Shown: positions 50,621-64,000, counted from the first letter of the stretch. The stretch is 64,000 nucleotides of DNA from Carcharhinus amblyrhynchos (GCA_965287045.1 CBDIYR020000020.1:1240001-1304000); one strand, 5' to 3'. Translations and numbers: made by a program. Notes: a model not told the origin generated them from the letters alone.

Positions 50621-53182
50621 CTCTATCTCCATCTCACTGTCCACTCACTTAATCTGTCTATATCTCTTTGCAACTTCCCAGAAAGGTTAAACAGGAAACG
50701 ATAATGACTACCACAGCTTTGAGGTCTAGTGAAAGAATAAAACTGAAACCTGAGATTGAGGTGAATCTATTTGAAAAATCAAAGGAATACTCAGGATGTG
50801 CCCCCAACAAATCTTGTGCCAGCATTAATCACTCATATCTTAGTGCAACACGGGACAACTATACATCTCTAATTGTTGATCATACATGATCAGGAGTCAG
50901 GTACAAGGGCTGGGTGAGTGGGGCGGGGTCTGGTTGATAATATTGCGTTTACTTAATTTTGAAAGGCATTGCCTGGGTTTCTTTTTGCAGAAATGGCCAA
51001 AATAGACACAATCTCCATCAATAGGAGGGTAATTCTAAGAGCCATATTATCAAGATCAGTCAAAACAACAGGAAATAATTAGTTTCCTTCTCTTTTATGT
51101 ACTTGCCACTTTAATTGTTACATTCTACACATACACATAGACATACATAAAAATGCACACACACATGTGCACACGCACACATCCAAAACTCCCTCGGACT
51201 GCGTTGCTAAACAGGATCTGTTCCTAATGGTGCTGATTTTGTGATGTTTATGTTATTTCCAAGAACTTCATTTGGCTTAATTTTTTAAAAAAACAACAAT
51301 TTTTCTAAGGGGATGTTCTTTCAAGGCAGATTAATTCTCTGTTTATTTCACTGGCCCCACAATTTGCAGCTAACAGCTAGAGCTCACATCTTCTGCCAAC
51401 AATGCCCTATGATTAGTTTGGGTGTGGACCAGATTCCCTTCACCCTGGCCAGTGGGGAGGTAGAGATAAGAAGGAGCATAATGCTTGGGGGTCGGAACGA
51501 GTGTGTTGCCTCCAATGGAGACAAGGAACCACACCCCCCCACCCCGCCGCACAAAGGAGATACCAGCCCCTGCCTTTCTGCTCAATAAGCAGCCTGCATA
51601 GCAAAAGCTGCCATTAATTGTCCACCCAAGAACCTCAGCAGCCCCAAGGGCAGGTGAGCTGTCTTACATGTTGCCCATCCACAATAATATGGGAAATAGG
51701 TCAAGGTTGGGTGGGAAGGCAGCAGGCAGGTCAGCTGTGTTTGTTTTACAACTCTCCCCAACTTTCAAATAAGCTGTTGGGGACCGTCATAAATTTCACT
51801 CTATTATGTGTATTTTGACAGTCAACATCTCAAAATTGATTTTAGTTATATAACAAAATATTATAATGTGCATTGCAAGAACTTTTAAGAAGTGTTCCTT
51901 CTGAAACAAAAGCTGTGGGATATATATTCTATACATCAATAGTGTGATTTGATGTAATTTATATAAATTCTTTACAAACAATGAGTTTGGGAATATCATT
52001 CAACAGTATGCAGAATGTAATTCCAACAGAAATATTTGATTTAGCTATAATTTTGGAGCCTCGGAGGTTCCAACTTGATCCTACTTTTCCCACCTTTCTG
52101 CCCTCCACCCCTGAGGCACTGAAATGGCAACACAAGACTGCACTAGCAACCCTCAATACTATCTAAGCGCCAATGTTTGTTCCTGTTCAGCAAGTATCCA
52201 CTAGCTACTTGACTCAGGTGAGGCATCATACCCTAGAGGAACAGTATCTCAGCAGATTTCATTCTTCCCTACAAGAAATTATTGATAGTTATTGGGAGTG
52301 AGATGGCCGACTGAATTTTCCCTTCCATAACTTAAGTGCGCAAAGGTTCATTATACTGAATGGAATGCCATCCCAATTGAGATTAACAAATTCAGAAAAG
52401 ACTAGGATTGTTAAGATCTTCGAGTTACATTTGACCTGGCATCACATCAGGCAGTGCTTACCTAACGAGCTGTTTAAGCAAAGATCCATTGCTTTCAATC
52501 TTTATGTGATATTGACACAGGAAAACCTTGTGAGAAGCAATAACTGGAGCTGAATTTTCTCCTCTCTAGCTGACAGAACACAATACTGGGCAAACCTTAT
52601 AACATTCAAGGGAATATCTCTTTCAGTGCTGCCAGTTACAGTTGGTAGATCACCAAGTGATCTTTTTGAGACAAACACATTAAACCAGGTACTATGGAAT
52701 TGCTGCAGTGACCTCAGCACCTAGGACAGCAACAAGAGTTAGACTGATGGCCAATTCTTTGTAGAGTTAACTCTATAGAGTTAAGTCTTTCAGGTTTAAC
52801 TTTCTGTCAGATCATTCTCTGGTGGGAAGGAAGCAGGGGTCAACAGCCTAAGAGTTAATTTTTTAGATGGTCAACTCACCATGAGTGTTCTCTCTCTCTC
52901 TGTTAGGTCAACTGTCTGTAGTGTCAGTTGCATTTATATTGACTCCAGCAACTGCAATGTCAGTTATAACAGGTAATATGCATTCATGTAATGTGCATCT
53001 AACTGTGAATTTTCCTAGCCAATGTACAATGACTTGGTGTGCTCCTACCTCAAACCTTAAATATAAATGCTTTTAGGGTGCAGATTGGCAATACAGCACC
53101 TTCTAAGGATTTAAAATAACTCAGGGTGAATTTGAGGAAGACTTAGGAAGTCCAGCCCAGTTGTTTTTTTAATATTGCAAGG

Positions 53183-53492
53183 CCATAGAATCCTGACATT
53201 GCTGGAGGTAGCCATTTGGCCCATTGAGTCTGCACTGACACGCCAAAAGAGCACCTCACCCAGGCTCACTCCCTCCCCACACCCTATCCCTGTAATCCCG
53301 TGCATTTATGACAGCAATCCACTTAACCTGCATATCTCTGGCTGTGGGACGAAACTGGAGCACCCAAAGGAAACACATGCAGACACAGGGAGAATGTGAA
53401 AACTCCACACAGACACAACAAACCAAAGCCGGAATCAAACTTGGGTCCCTGTTGCTGTGAGGCAGCAGCACTAACTAGTGTGCCACCATGCC
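53183..53492 (-). mobile_element. HE1-like V-SINE
   Basis: Reverse head ggcagcagcactaactagtgtgccaccatgcc, ggaatcaaacttgggtccctg, V-domain, tail ccatagaatcctgacattgctggaggtagccatttggccc. Confidence 0.85.
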
Positions 53493-56400
53493 ACTACTAT
53501 TTGCTTTTGTGCAATATTAGTATATATTTACAATCAGATTTAACACAACTAAAGGTGCACTGTACTTAACACAAGACAGCATAACAAATACAGAGCACAA
53601 GCTACACTTTGGAAAGCTCCTTTAGTAACTGTTCTTTTTCACCTTTGGCCTTCAGCCTGTATTTTGTTTTACTGACATGGTCACTGCTTTACTTTTTAGT
53701 TTGTTTCCTCCCTGTTTTTTTTATTCACACTCCCTTGTGCCCTGATATATGGTTTCATTGACACTGGGTACCAGTCTTTATGGATGACCCAAGGTGGAGG
53801 TTGTTTTCAACAGCTGAAGCTCCAGGATTTGTGCCAGGAACACTAATTTGCCAATTACATCCCGATATCCATCTACTGCACCAATTTTCAGATTTGGGAA
53901 TTAATTCTGTGTTGGATTCTGGTCAAATTGGAAATTTGATCAGCAAATATCCGTTAGTACTTCAAAAGCCTCAGGGTGAAATGTTGCTCAACCTCTGGAA
54001 ACAGTGCAAGTTAGATTTTGTAGACTGAAGTAGTTGATGTTAGTTCTTTTTGCAATTATCAGCTGTAGAACATTAATGAAAATGCCTAATTGTTTCACTT
54101 AGATCTAATTTACATTACTTGGTTCGTGAGAGTAGGTGGGTAGGCCTGTTAATCATAGATTTGGTAACTTAACAGAGCTACACCCAGTGCCCTGTGACAA
54201 TTAGAGTCTTGTTTTTTTATAAAAATCCCTTCAGGCAGCTAAACAAGAATCAAAGCATTACAAAAGTGGAGAATGCTGCCGAATCATTAGTACAACAATG
54301 TTGAACAACAAGGTGGAAATATTTGCCAAGTGATGATATATATTTTTTTTCCTGTGGAATCCAGATGAAAGGTAAAGGCCTTAATGCATGTTTGAGCTGA
54401 GAAAGAGTATAAGAAGTTTAGCAAGAGTATTGCCAAGTGGTGGCAGAAAGCTTGACCCTAAATCTATGTGTTACAAATTATTTGCGTGCACTTCTTGTCA
54501 ACTTTTGCCATTATATTGCCACTGGCAGTAGGTTGCAATTACAGCATGGAAAATTTAGACAGGCAGCTTCCATTATAAATAAGTGCATAAAAAATTATAC
54601 TAAAAAATATAATAATAAGAGCAGAACATACAATTTGAAAATTAAGAGTGCATTACACTTGTGTCCAATCAGCAGCCATCCCAACTCCATTTCATCTGAT
54701 GATTATATACAGTGATTAATTTGAACTCTGTTTAATGGCACATTGGAAATGATTCAGCTGATGGAACATATTTTGGTTTTTCACTTGAGTAGTATATTTA
54801 GTAAGTGCTAGGATGGCTATGTTAACTAGTGTGGATTGAGGCAACACAAAGCAATCAGTCTGTGAAACCAAGTACTGAGGCGATACCAGGGAAATGATAT
54901 TAGTCACTGGAGACTGTGTGTACTGGACAAGTTAATTTTGGTGCATTATCTTGGTGTTTATTCATTAAAATGAGCCACATCAGCAAAAATAAATAGTCAA
55001 TTTGTATTTTAATCCAAACTGTAGTCCATTACACTTACTGAAGTATTGAAGCCTGTCACTGCATTTAAGCATGCCGGTTACTCAATTTTAAGAAAAGCCA
55101 CACTCCGACAATTTATTTGCCCCCTTTTCCCCTTCTCCTGACGCTGTTGCCATTGCTGGGGTATGGTTCCAAGATGCCAGCAGCCTTAAACGAGCAGATC
55201 ATCTTCGTGTGGCTGTTTGGACAGAAAGCGTCAGCAGATAATTTGACCATGAGAATGTCAAAATTGAACCTTATCCTGTCCTCACCAAACAATCACTTGC
55301 ATGTCACTTTGTAAACAGCTGGCATGACTGGGTAGCCATCAGGAGCACTGACCCCAGCTGATTTCCCTCTTTCTTGTAGCTTAGTGTTGTGGAGACCAAT
55401 TAAGTATCCTCCCATGCATGAGTCCAACTAACTCAGGACAAACTGGGAACCAATCTTGAGACCTGCCTTGTTTATATGGTTCAATGCCACATTGAACAAC
55501 ATATTCATCCATTGTGCAGTGTGGAGGAAGTTCTATTTTTCACATTTTAAAAAAATGCATCACAGGAACATACAAAGTAAGCAATTATAGTATTTTACAC
55601 TTCGTGATGCTGAATAAACAGGAACACAATGACATTACACAAGTGCCTTAAAAATCAAAAAATTGCAAACTCTGGAATTAATTTCTCTTAGTATGTGTAC
55701 ATCCAAGTTACTGTGTAAAACAGTGCAGAAAAATAATTAATTTTGGTTGCTTTCCTGTGCAGAATCCTCTGCTTACAGTAGGCATTTTTTAAAATGCAAA
55801 TATTGGCAATCCGGAATAGTTATTCACAATGAGTCTGTCAGCATATTTTTAAAATTCATTCGGGGGACGTGAGCTTTGTTGGCTAGGGTAACATTTATTG
55901 TTCATCCCTAATTGTCCTTGAGAAGGTGGGGATTAGCTACCTTCTTGAACCACTGCAGTCCATGTGGTGTTGGTACACACACAGTGAGCTGTTGAAGGAA
56001 CTTCAAGATTTTGACCCAGTGACAGTGAAGGAATGGAATGATACTCAGAAACTTGGAGGGGGATCTTCTGTAAACAGAGTAAAGCCAGGTCACTGCTTTA
56101 AATTGGTGTCCTCTGTCACAGCAGTTCCTAGAATTATGCACCCAAGAGGTCATCATTTGGCCCACGGTGCCTGGGCAGGCTCTTTGAAACAACTCTCCAA
56201 TTAATTGTATTCCCCCACCTTTTCCCATAGCTCTTCAAATTTTGCCTCCAAGTATATAGCTAATTCCCCTTTAAGCTACCATTGCATTTCAGATTATAAC
56301 AACTTGCACAATAAAAAAAAGTATCTCCCTCACTGGTTCTTTTATCAATGATCTTTAACCTGTGTTCCTTTGATTACTGATCCTCTGCCAGGAAAAACAG

Positions 56401-57589
56401 TTTCTTCTGTTTGCTCTTTCAAAACCCCTCAGTTTTGAACATCTTTGTTAGATCTCTACTTTCTCTGCTGTCAGGAGAATAATCCCAGCTTCTCAAGTCT
56501 CTTTATACAACTGAAGTCCCTCATCCCTGGTATCATTCTAATAAATATACTTTGCACCTTCTCTAGTACCTCCAATTCAATGGGTGGTCACTGTATAAAA
56601 TACCCATTGTTTTCTGTGTCCTTTCATAGGATATGGATGTCACTGACAAGGCCAGTATTTGCTTCTCGTCCCTAATTGCCTTTGAACAGAGTGGCTTGCT
56701 GAGTCTTTACAAGGGCAGTTAAAAGTCAACCACATTATTATGGGCCTGGAGTTACATACAAGACAAACCCAGTATGGACAGTGGATTTCCTTTCTAACAG
56801 GCATTATGAACCAGATAAGCTTTTACAACAATGGAAGATAGCTGTCATGGTCAATATTACTTTATATTCTGGATTCATTAACTGGATTCAAATTCCATGG
56901 TGGGATTTGGGATGGAGACCACCATCTTATGGTTGCTGTTATTCTCTCAAGAGCCAGAAGTGAGCGATGTATGAGAACTTGAGGTTAAAGGTGTGTGTGC
57001 ATGTGCTTTTTGGGGGGCAAATTGCCTTTGTTCATTTGTGTTTTTAAATACCTTCTCTGGTGAATTCCAGGATTGATAACTCTGCAACTAAAAAAGATGG
57101 TGAACTTTTGTAGCTAAATGCCATTTGCAGCCACCAACTTGCCAGGTGTGATTCAGTCAAGCTTTCTCATCATGCTGGTGATATTTCTATCTCTACTTGG
57201 CATTGCCCACAGGTCAGCCTGAGCACTAAGCTTGGCTGGAATTGTACATGCTTCTTTTCTTGGGCTTAAACTAAGGTGAAAAAAATAAAATAGCTGGTGG
57301 AGACTGAAGAGGGTAAATTGGATAACCCTAAAAATGGGTGAGGGGACTGTGATGTGCGAACTCATGGCCATTGAGTGCAATGCAGAGAACATGGCAACTT
57401 CATGTTGCATGCTCACTTGAATGATTTTCGCTTGAATCCAGCACTAATCATGATGTTGATTGACTGGATGCAAAACTATAATTTGCTAGCACTAGTTAAA
57501 GCTCGTCTTCACTCCTTTAAGCTCGGTTATAACTCTTGAAAGGGAGGAGCATGTGTTGACAGTTGTGTAGAAAATGAGTCTGACTTGGA

Positions 57590-57820
57590 AAACAATGAAC
57601 AATGTTGAATGATACAATATGTGAACAGCCAAAGGTTTCTGATGCTGCACCACAGGAGGAAAGCAATGTTCTGTACATGCAGGGGAAGGTAGCCCTCCAG
57701 AGTCAAACTTAAAAAGCAGTGGGCGCAGATAGCCATGGAGAGCTTGGATAGTCAAACTCCCAAGGACTTAAATGCAATGATACAAGAGGTTCAACTGCAA
57801 GAGCGATCAAGGTCAGTGAG
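57590..57820 (+). pseudogene. Decayed Myb/SANT-like DNA-binding ORF of a PIF/Harbinger transposon
   Basis: Fragments QPKVSDAA, KQWAQIAME and PRT*MQ*YKRFN resemble the ..PRFSD..QW.QIA..PRTW.QC.KKFND trihelix/Myb-SANT motif of Harbinger accessory proteins. Confidence 0.55.
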
Positions 57821-59489
57821 TGCACTCAAATATCTCACTGAAGCACTACTTTCAGATACTGCTCAATTCACTACATTCCAATTATTCACTGACCAACTAT
57901 CAACCAGGGCTTATTCATATGCTTCACCTCATTCTCATACATTCAGTATTGCTGCAGCCTCATATCCACATCGCTCAGCTTGCACGCACTGACGGCTATC
58001 CAATCGAGACAGCCACATCACCCAGATTACACAAAACTCCATGACAGGCTTCTCTCTTGAAGGCCTGAAGAAGCAGGAGCTACCCATAAGAGCCCATCTG
58101 GAAGATACTACTTACTGTTATTGAAATATTTGTTTCTGAAGCCTTGGTCAGTGGCGGGGCTGAAATCATCGATTATAACAGCATTGCGTACCTGATACTC
58201 TTCTTACATCCCACAATATCTACAGACTTACAAGCTGCAGATGGTGCAAGTATGCACTCCTTATTTTCCATTTACTCTCTCACATCAAACTTAACCTTGT
58301 GCTTTTCATCTTTCATACACCCAATCTGGCCAGAGAGTAGAGGAACAGGAAGATGACAGTGAAGATGCACTGTAACTTGATTTCACATTCACTAGCACCA
58401 ACTCACATATTGACAGTGTGCATAATTTGGAGGATAGTATCAAGGTGGGAATCACATAGGATAAGACATTGGGCATAGATAGCCTCCTGGCAGGACAGGG
58501 ACAAAGACCAGCATGGATGGCCAGCACACCAAGAGGGCGAGACCACACATATTCCACTACAGAAGACTCAGTTGGGAACTTCAATGGGACAGCCTACAGA
58601 AGATGGTAGATGGATGCACAATAAAATGGTGTATTGGGAGAAAGGCAGCCTGTGTTAAATGTCAAGGTGCATGGAGAAGTTCAGCACCAACCTGGCAAAG
58701 AGCTTTGTACAAAGCTTGGAGCCCATCCTTTCCACTCTAAGTGGTGGCCAACAGCATGTGGATCAATGACGATGTAGCCTTTGACGGTCAATGTCACAGC
58801 TCCCACATGGACAAGCACAGCCACCCAGTGTCCAAGTGCTGCGGTGGAACTTTTGGCTGTGTCATGCAAGGTCATCTTGCTGCCAGGGAAGCTTATAAGG
58901 CTCCCATCACGGCTGTGGATTACTGTATGATAAGGTGCTTGCAGAGTTTTTTAGCAATCTGTCCTCCAGCAGATAAGTAGGATTGTTGGGGTATTGCCCT
59001 GGGGAGTGGCAGTGGTTCCATGGAACACAAATTTGCTGTGCTCTGTCAGGAAGACAAATTTTTTTCTTCAACACTGTCACTCTGCCAGTGCCCTTACTGT
59101 TGCTAGTCAGCCCAGACTGCAGCTGCAGATGCCAAGATATTGCAGGCCACAGTTGGGTCTCCTAGACCCAGAACGGTTTGAGGTCACTCTGGGTCATTTG
59201 TAATATCTTTCACTGAAAGTCAGCAGCTTTCTAGTGGACATGTTGCAGCCACTTTGGTAGCGATTACAAGATAGGCAGAGGCACAAAAACGACAGACTTG
59301 CACGAGGTGAATTGTTGGCCTTTTCACGCAACATGGCATGATTTCATTTATAAATTGGGTTTGGAATGTTTATTTTGAGGTGGTTTTATTTTGTATCATG
59401 GCTTAGAGGGAGGATAAAGTACACAGCTGTTGGTGAACTGGGGTCTTCATGGACAGTCCAGGCAGAACATGGCTATATACTCTGTCCAC

Positions 59490-60230
59490 ACCCTTTCATC
59501 TTTTCTTCCTCTTGTATTGCTGGTGGCTGTGCCCTCATGATGACAAGATTGTGCAGTATACAGCAGACCACCATAAATCCTGATATCTACCCCAGGGTAC
59601 TGCAGGGCTCATCCAGAGTGGTGTAAGCAACAGAACTGTTTCAGCATGCTGTGGTCTGCTCTATCACATTTCACCTGGGTAGCATGGTTTTTACTGTGTG
59701 CATGCCATGCATGTGTATGGAGTTGTGCATAGAGTTATGAGCCATGTCTTCAGTGGATTGCCCTCATCACCCTCTGGTGTCTCATGCTGACCCAAACACA
59801 ACTGGCACAGCAGACTGCCACAGAACAAAGGCACCATTATTTATGGTGAGCTATCAGCTCAACTTTTGAAGGAGCAGAATTCCTTTTGGTTCCAGCATAG
59901 GACAAAGTTAACATATGGAACCCACAAAGCAATGTACATGCAAAGGAAGTGTCACTCTTTGAATGAAGAGCCACATTGATTTGCTTACAGAAGTGGATGA
60001 TAAACTATGGAGGTGTTGCAAAGATCTCCAGCTCCAGCTTAGATGGAGCCAGGCAAAAAAAAGTTCATTGCCATGGTCACCTTGGCAGCAACCGGCAATG
60101 TGGTCCTTGTCCTATAGTGAGGTTTCCATTTGTGGTTGCTACAGGCAATAAATTTCAGCAAAGGTATCCTTACTGAAGCAGAGAAATATCACTCACCACT
60201 CCTCGCTAAGGCTAATAGGAGAATAGCTCG
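59490..60230 (-). pseudogene. Decayed PIF/Harbinger (HARBI1-like) DDE transposase
   Basis: Minus-strand fragments RTRTTLPVAAKVTMAMNFF, AGAGDLCN, NQKEFCS (NRKGFHS-like), AFVLWQSAVP, NVIEQT, ALQYP and FMVVCCILHNLVIMRAQP, interrupted by stops and frameshifts. Confidence 0.75.
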
Positions 60231-62325
60231 CTGAACACTGTGCGATGTAGCTTCCTTTTGAGTGTATTTCACCCTCTTCTCCTCCTTCCACTTCCAGTAG
60301 CTTGCCCTGTCGTGTGTGACCTCTACTTATTCTTTCAGCCATACTGTGTTTCCAAGGGAAATGAGTACTAGTGTGTCTAGAAGCAACTTGTTTGTGCAGA
60401 TGCTTTTAAGCATGCCACATGTTCTGGAGATCTTTTCAACTTGAAACAACCATAGAAAGCATCAAAGTAAAAATAACCAGAAAGAAAATCAACCAGCAAC
60501 TAACTTGTACGTAGTTGACAATTCCCTAAACAGCCTTGGTGGGGATTCCTTTCGGCTGTTGAGAATTTGCTGTGTGAGATTCAGGGAGGGTGATAACAGG
60601 AGCACCGAGTTCAAAATGACCACAGCTAGCACTGAATCAGTGTTGAACGTTGCATGATGACACTGTACATCTGCTCTGCATACTTTTGGTAGATATTCAC
60701 TGCATGCTTGCTGAAGCTTGCACCAATATCATAGGGTTCACTCAAGAAACAGACACCATGTTGACGCTCTAAGGGCACTCAAAACACCCAAAAAAATCAT
60801 CTTATAATTACACATGTGAATGCTACACAACGATTTCATCAGTATTAAAGATCTGATATGAAGTTGGATGTGGTGGTGTAAGGTTATGGTTCACCTCTAG
60901 GGTTCGTGAAAATGGCTATTTGGTTCTGACCCCCTTAAGAGTCTAGTATCCTTGTTAGAGTGGGCTCTAGAGTAGCTCCTTGTCTCAGGGAAGCAGCAAC
61001 TTTGTGAAGTGTCGTTGCTGCCTTTGGAGGTGCCAGAAAAGATCTAAAGAAGCGAGCACACCCCTTGACAGCTAATCAAGGCACTGCATTTGGCTTAAAC
61101 AGATATTTTTCTGGAGATGGCTAATGAAGGGGAGGCTGAGTTCTCAGTTCACTAGTATGGGTCAGCTGTCCTAATGTTTTGTGTGGAACTTACCCCAACC
61201 AGGAGGGGAGACCCAATAGACAGAAATTGTTCATGCAACAATTTGCATCCTGTTCTTTTCACATGCACTGTTGCTGTGGGAGTCACAGCTCATAACAGAG
61301 GAAAATTCAACAGCAACCAGAGTCCTGGTGTGGTACAGAACTGGCTTTTAACACAATGCTACAGCAGAGGACATTACTGCAAACCGTAGCACTGGTTGGT
61401 GCTTGAACCCAGGACAAATGCAACAGGCTGGAACTCAAACAGTTAAGCTATGGATGACATTCTACATTTAGTGAAAAGTCAGCATTGCTAATTTCAGCCA
61501 GAGTTAACCGCTGCCAATCGCCGCAACCCAATCAACAGCCCGACTGTACGCCCTTCACATCGTGGCGAGCCTTTGCACAGACGAGGATGAGCAGCACATT
61601 TGAAATTGCACTTGAGAAAAACACTAATTATCCCATCAGTTACCAGCAGACAGGGAGCCGTGCTTCTTCTACTGTTGGACAGGATGCTTGCTCGTCTGCA
61701 GCAAGTCTGAACATCTCCCTTCAGGAGATAGCACAAGCAGCATCCAACATGTGCTTGGATTGCGAGCGTGTTCAGTCACGTCTTGCTGCAAGACATAATC
61801 TTTAAGATATATAAGACACAGGATAAAAAAAAACACATGTTTTCAGCAGACTAGAGACTCGTGTTAAAAGCAATTTTCACAATTAAAAACACTTCGGCTT
61901 CTCCCATTGGAGAAAGTGCAGATGTTACAGTTGGAGAGGTTTGAGCATCTCGCATTCTGGTTCATTTTCTGGCCAGACTGTTTAAAATTATGTTCTGTTG
62001 CAAAGTTAGCTATTTAGTGTCTGGCATGTAGTGGGATGCACAGGGTACAAGCTGAAATCAGTAGTCATTTCAACAAAACACCAAGTTTTGAAGTTGCATT
62101 GAGTCAATCTCCAGTAAAACTTTAACAACACTTGAACATCACATTTAGATAATACACTTTCCATGAAAGTAAAGACAGGAAGAAAGAACAAAGGACTACA
62201 AGGGGCTGTAGCTGAAAATATCCTTTTTTGTTGATGAATTAAGGAGGAGCACAATATTCTCATATAAATAGTCTATACTTTCTTTACAGTATATTTCGAT
62301 CAAAAATACAAAAGAGCAGACTCAC

Positions 62326-62571
62326 GGTCCAGGTAGCTGACTTAGCAGTACTCGATTGCTGAAAAGTGACCTCAAATAAATGTGGTCCCGGATAGTCTGT
62401 GTTGGAAGGGATTGCTGGAGCAGGCGACATGGTATCAAATGTGGAGCTTGGCTGCGAGTAGGGAGACGGCGTCGGGACATTCGAGGCGTGCTCCGAGTTG
62501 TAAGGGCTGGCGGAGGATGCACGGTTGGTGATACTCTGATCCATGCTGCTGTTTAGCAAATTAAACTGGGA
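62326..62571 (-). CDS. TP73: p73 exon 4 (proline-rich region and start of DNA-binding domain)
   Basis: ttccag|TCC...ACC|gtgagt; encodes [24 protein letters not shown]...[47 protein letters not shown]. Confidence 0.97.
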
Positions 62572-64000
62572 CTGGAAAGGCAAAGGGGTGGGGATAAGAA
62601 GTGAAACAGCCAGGTAAGGACTTGCAACATCCACTTATTTCAGACTATTAAGAAAACACACACATCAGACAGCTGTCACTACATTTCAGCTCCTGGAATC
62701 CTTTTTATTCCTGTTGCCCCATGTAAAGACTTGTCAAATAATTAATCATAAATGTATTATTCAGGCAAATATGAAGGGAAAAATGTCAGTTTGAAACTTG
62801 TTACCTCTTGTTTTTTTCTCTGACCACTGATCCCTGACAGTTTTTTATGTATTGAAAACTATTTTTGGGCCATTGGTTTACTTATAACTGTTTGGTGATT
62901 GTGGGAGAAATCCGGTCGGATTGTTCAAGCAGATTTTTTTTGTTTCATTCATATAATTTCAAGCAAGGAAGCAACCCCATACAAATGAATGAACACAAAT
63001 CATTCAAAAAACATGTTTCCTCAGGAGCTAAGAATAAACCTGGGCTCACGAATGAATCAAATCGACTCAGCTGTAAAGTTCAGAGGATCAGATAAATGGA
63101 AAATAATACAAGAAAATCAAATAAACGTATGGAGTGGTTGTTTAAAAAAGAAATCTCCCCAAACCCTATTTTTCTCCTCTCCTGAAGGTCTTGGCTTGAG
63201 CTGGTGTCCACTTCCACTGCTGTTGTCACTATCTCTCTGCCACCTCACTTGATTGGCTCTTCTCTACATGGCAGCCTAGACAGTGCATGTGGGCAGACTA
63301 TTCTGCTATGTGGTGCATCAAAATTTAAGCTTAATCTGTCCACACCTGATACACACAAAGACTATCAGGCACAGCAACAAGAACAAAAATTGCCTTCCCC
63401 AGCCCAGCAATATTGAGGCCGATAGCAGCATCCCAATTCCTGTCGTGACTGAAAAATCAACCAATGAATGAATTGAGGATTTTCCTGTTCTTCATGGCTG
63501 CATGGTCCATTACTGTAATCAGAGGATCACTATCACTGTTTCAAGGGCTGTCCTAGCGTAGACAGTAACACAAGGATCACTTTATCAACTTATGGTTGGA
63601 ACACTGGAGTTGATTTTGACTTTTGGTACCCAACTGACCCCTGCTCCCCATGCTGGCTATGAAGAAGCCCCTGCCATTTTGATGCCCCAACCTCTTTTAA
63701 ATTGGGCAGGCAGGGTGCAGGGTTCTATACTGGCATCCTGATTCGGTCTACCGCATTTAGTCTTCAAGATTAAACAATGGAGACTTTAAGGAGCGCCAGT
63801 GCAGCCACTCATTTCAAGGGCAGCTTACATTTCATGTCAGAGAGGCCTCATGCAAGAAGACATTAGTGATCATGTTGCTACTGCCCCATTCACTTTGAAA
63901 AATAGGATTATGAGACAAACATTGTTCCCACCCAATGATACCAATCTAACATAAATAGGAAAAGGATCATGGAGCTTAGTGTGCACTCAACAGATGGAAG

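Noticed and set aside
61700-61720. p53 response element CAGCAAGTCT-GAACATCTCC
   Set aside because: The second half-site lacks the invariant G of CWWG, so it is too weak to call.
62572-64000. deltaNp73 first exon (3') or P2 promoter
   Set aside because: No MLY-type start followed by a phase-0 donor was recognised on the minus strand; it probably lies beyond the window.

Overview
Vertebrate genomic DNA, almost certainly from a cartilaginous fish. The repeat landscape (HE1-like V-SINEs, Deu-domain SINEs, CR1/HER1-like and Rex1-like LINEs) points to a shark; this is inferred from repeat recognition, not a database hit. The window carries exons 4-14 of TP73 (p73 alpha) on the minus strand. All splice sites are canonical GT-AG and the phases join into one open frame of 1716 nt (571 aa plus stop) ending IKEEFTENDLN*. 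The TA and deltaN first exons lie beyond the right edge. Intron 4 is about 41 kb and holds nested SINEs, LINE 3' ends, a Gypsy-like LTR remnant, a decayed two-gene PIF/Harbinger element and MITE-like derivatives. The most notable observations are: (i) a fold-back Penelope-like insert carrying a minimal hammerhead-ribozyme motif, nested in a SINE with a 12-bp target duplication, plus a second copy on the TP73 sense strand; (ii) an 8-His tract next to the PPxY motif; (iii) a TP63-delta4-like alternative donor in exon 8; (iv) an in-frame stop plus AATAAA cluster in intron 12; (v) candidate intron-4 regulatory modules (a p53-family response element and a CDE/CHR tandem). No prokaryotic system, CRISPR array or second protein-coding gene is supported.
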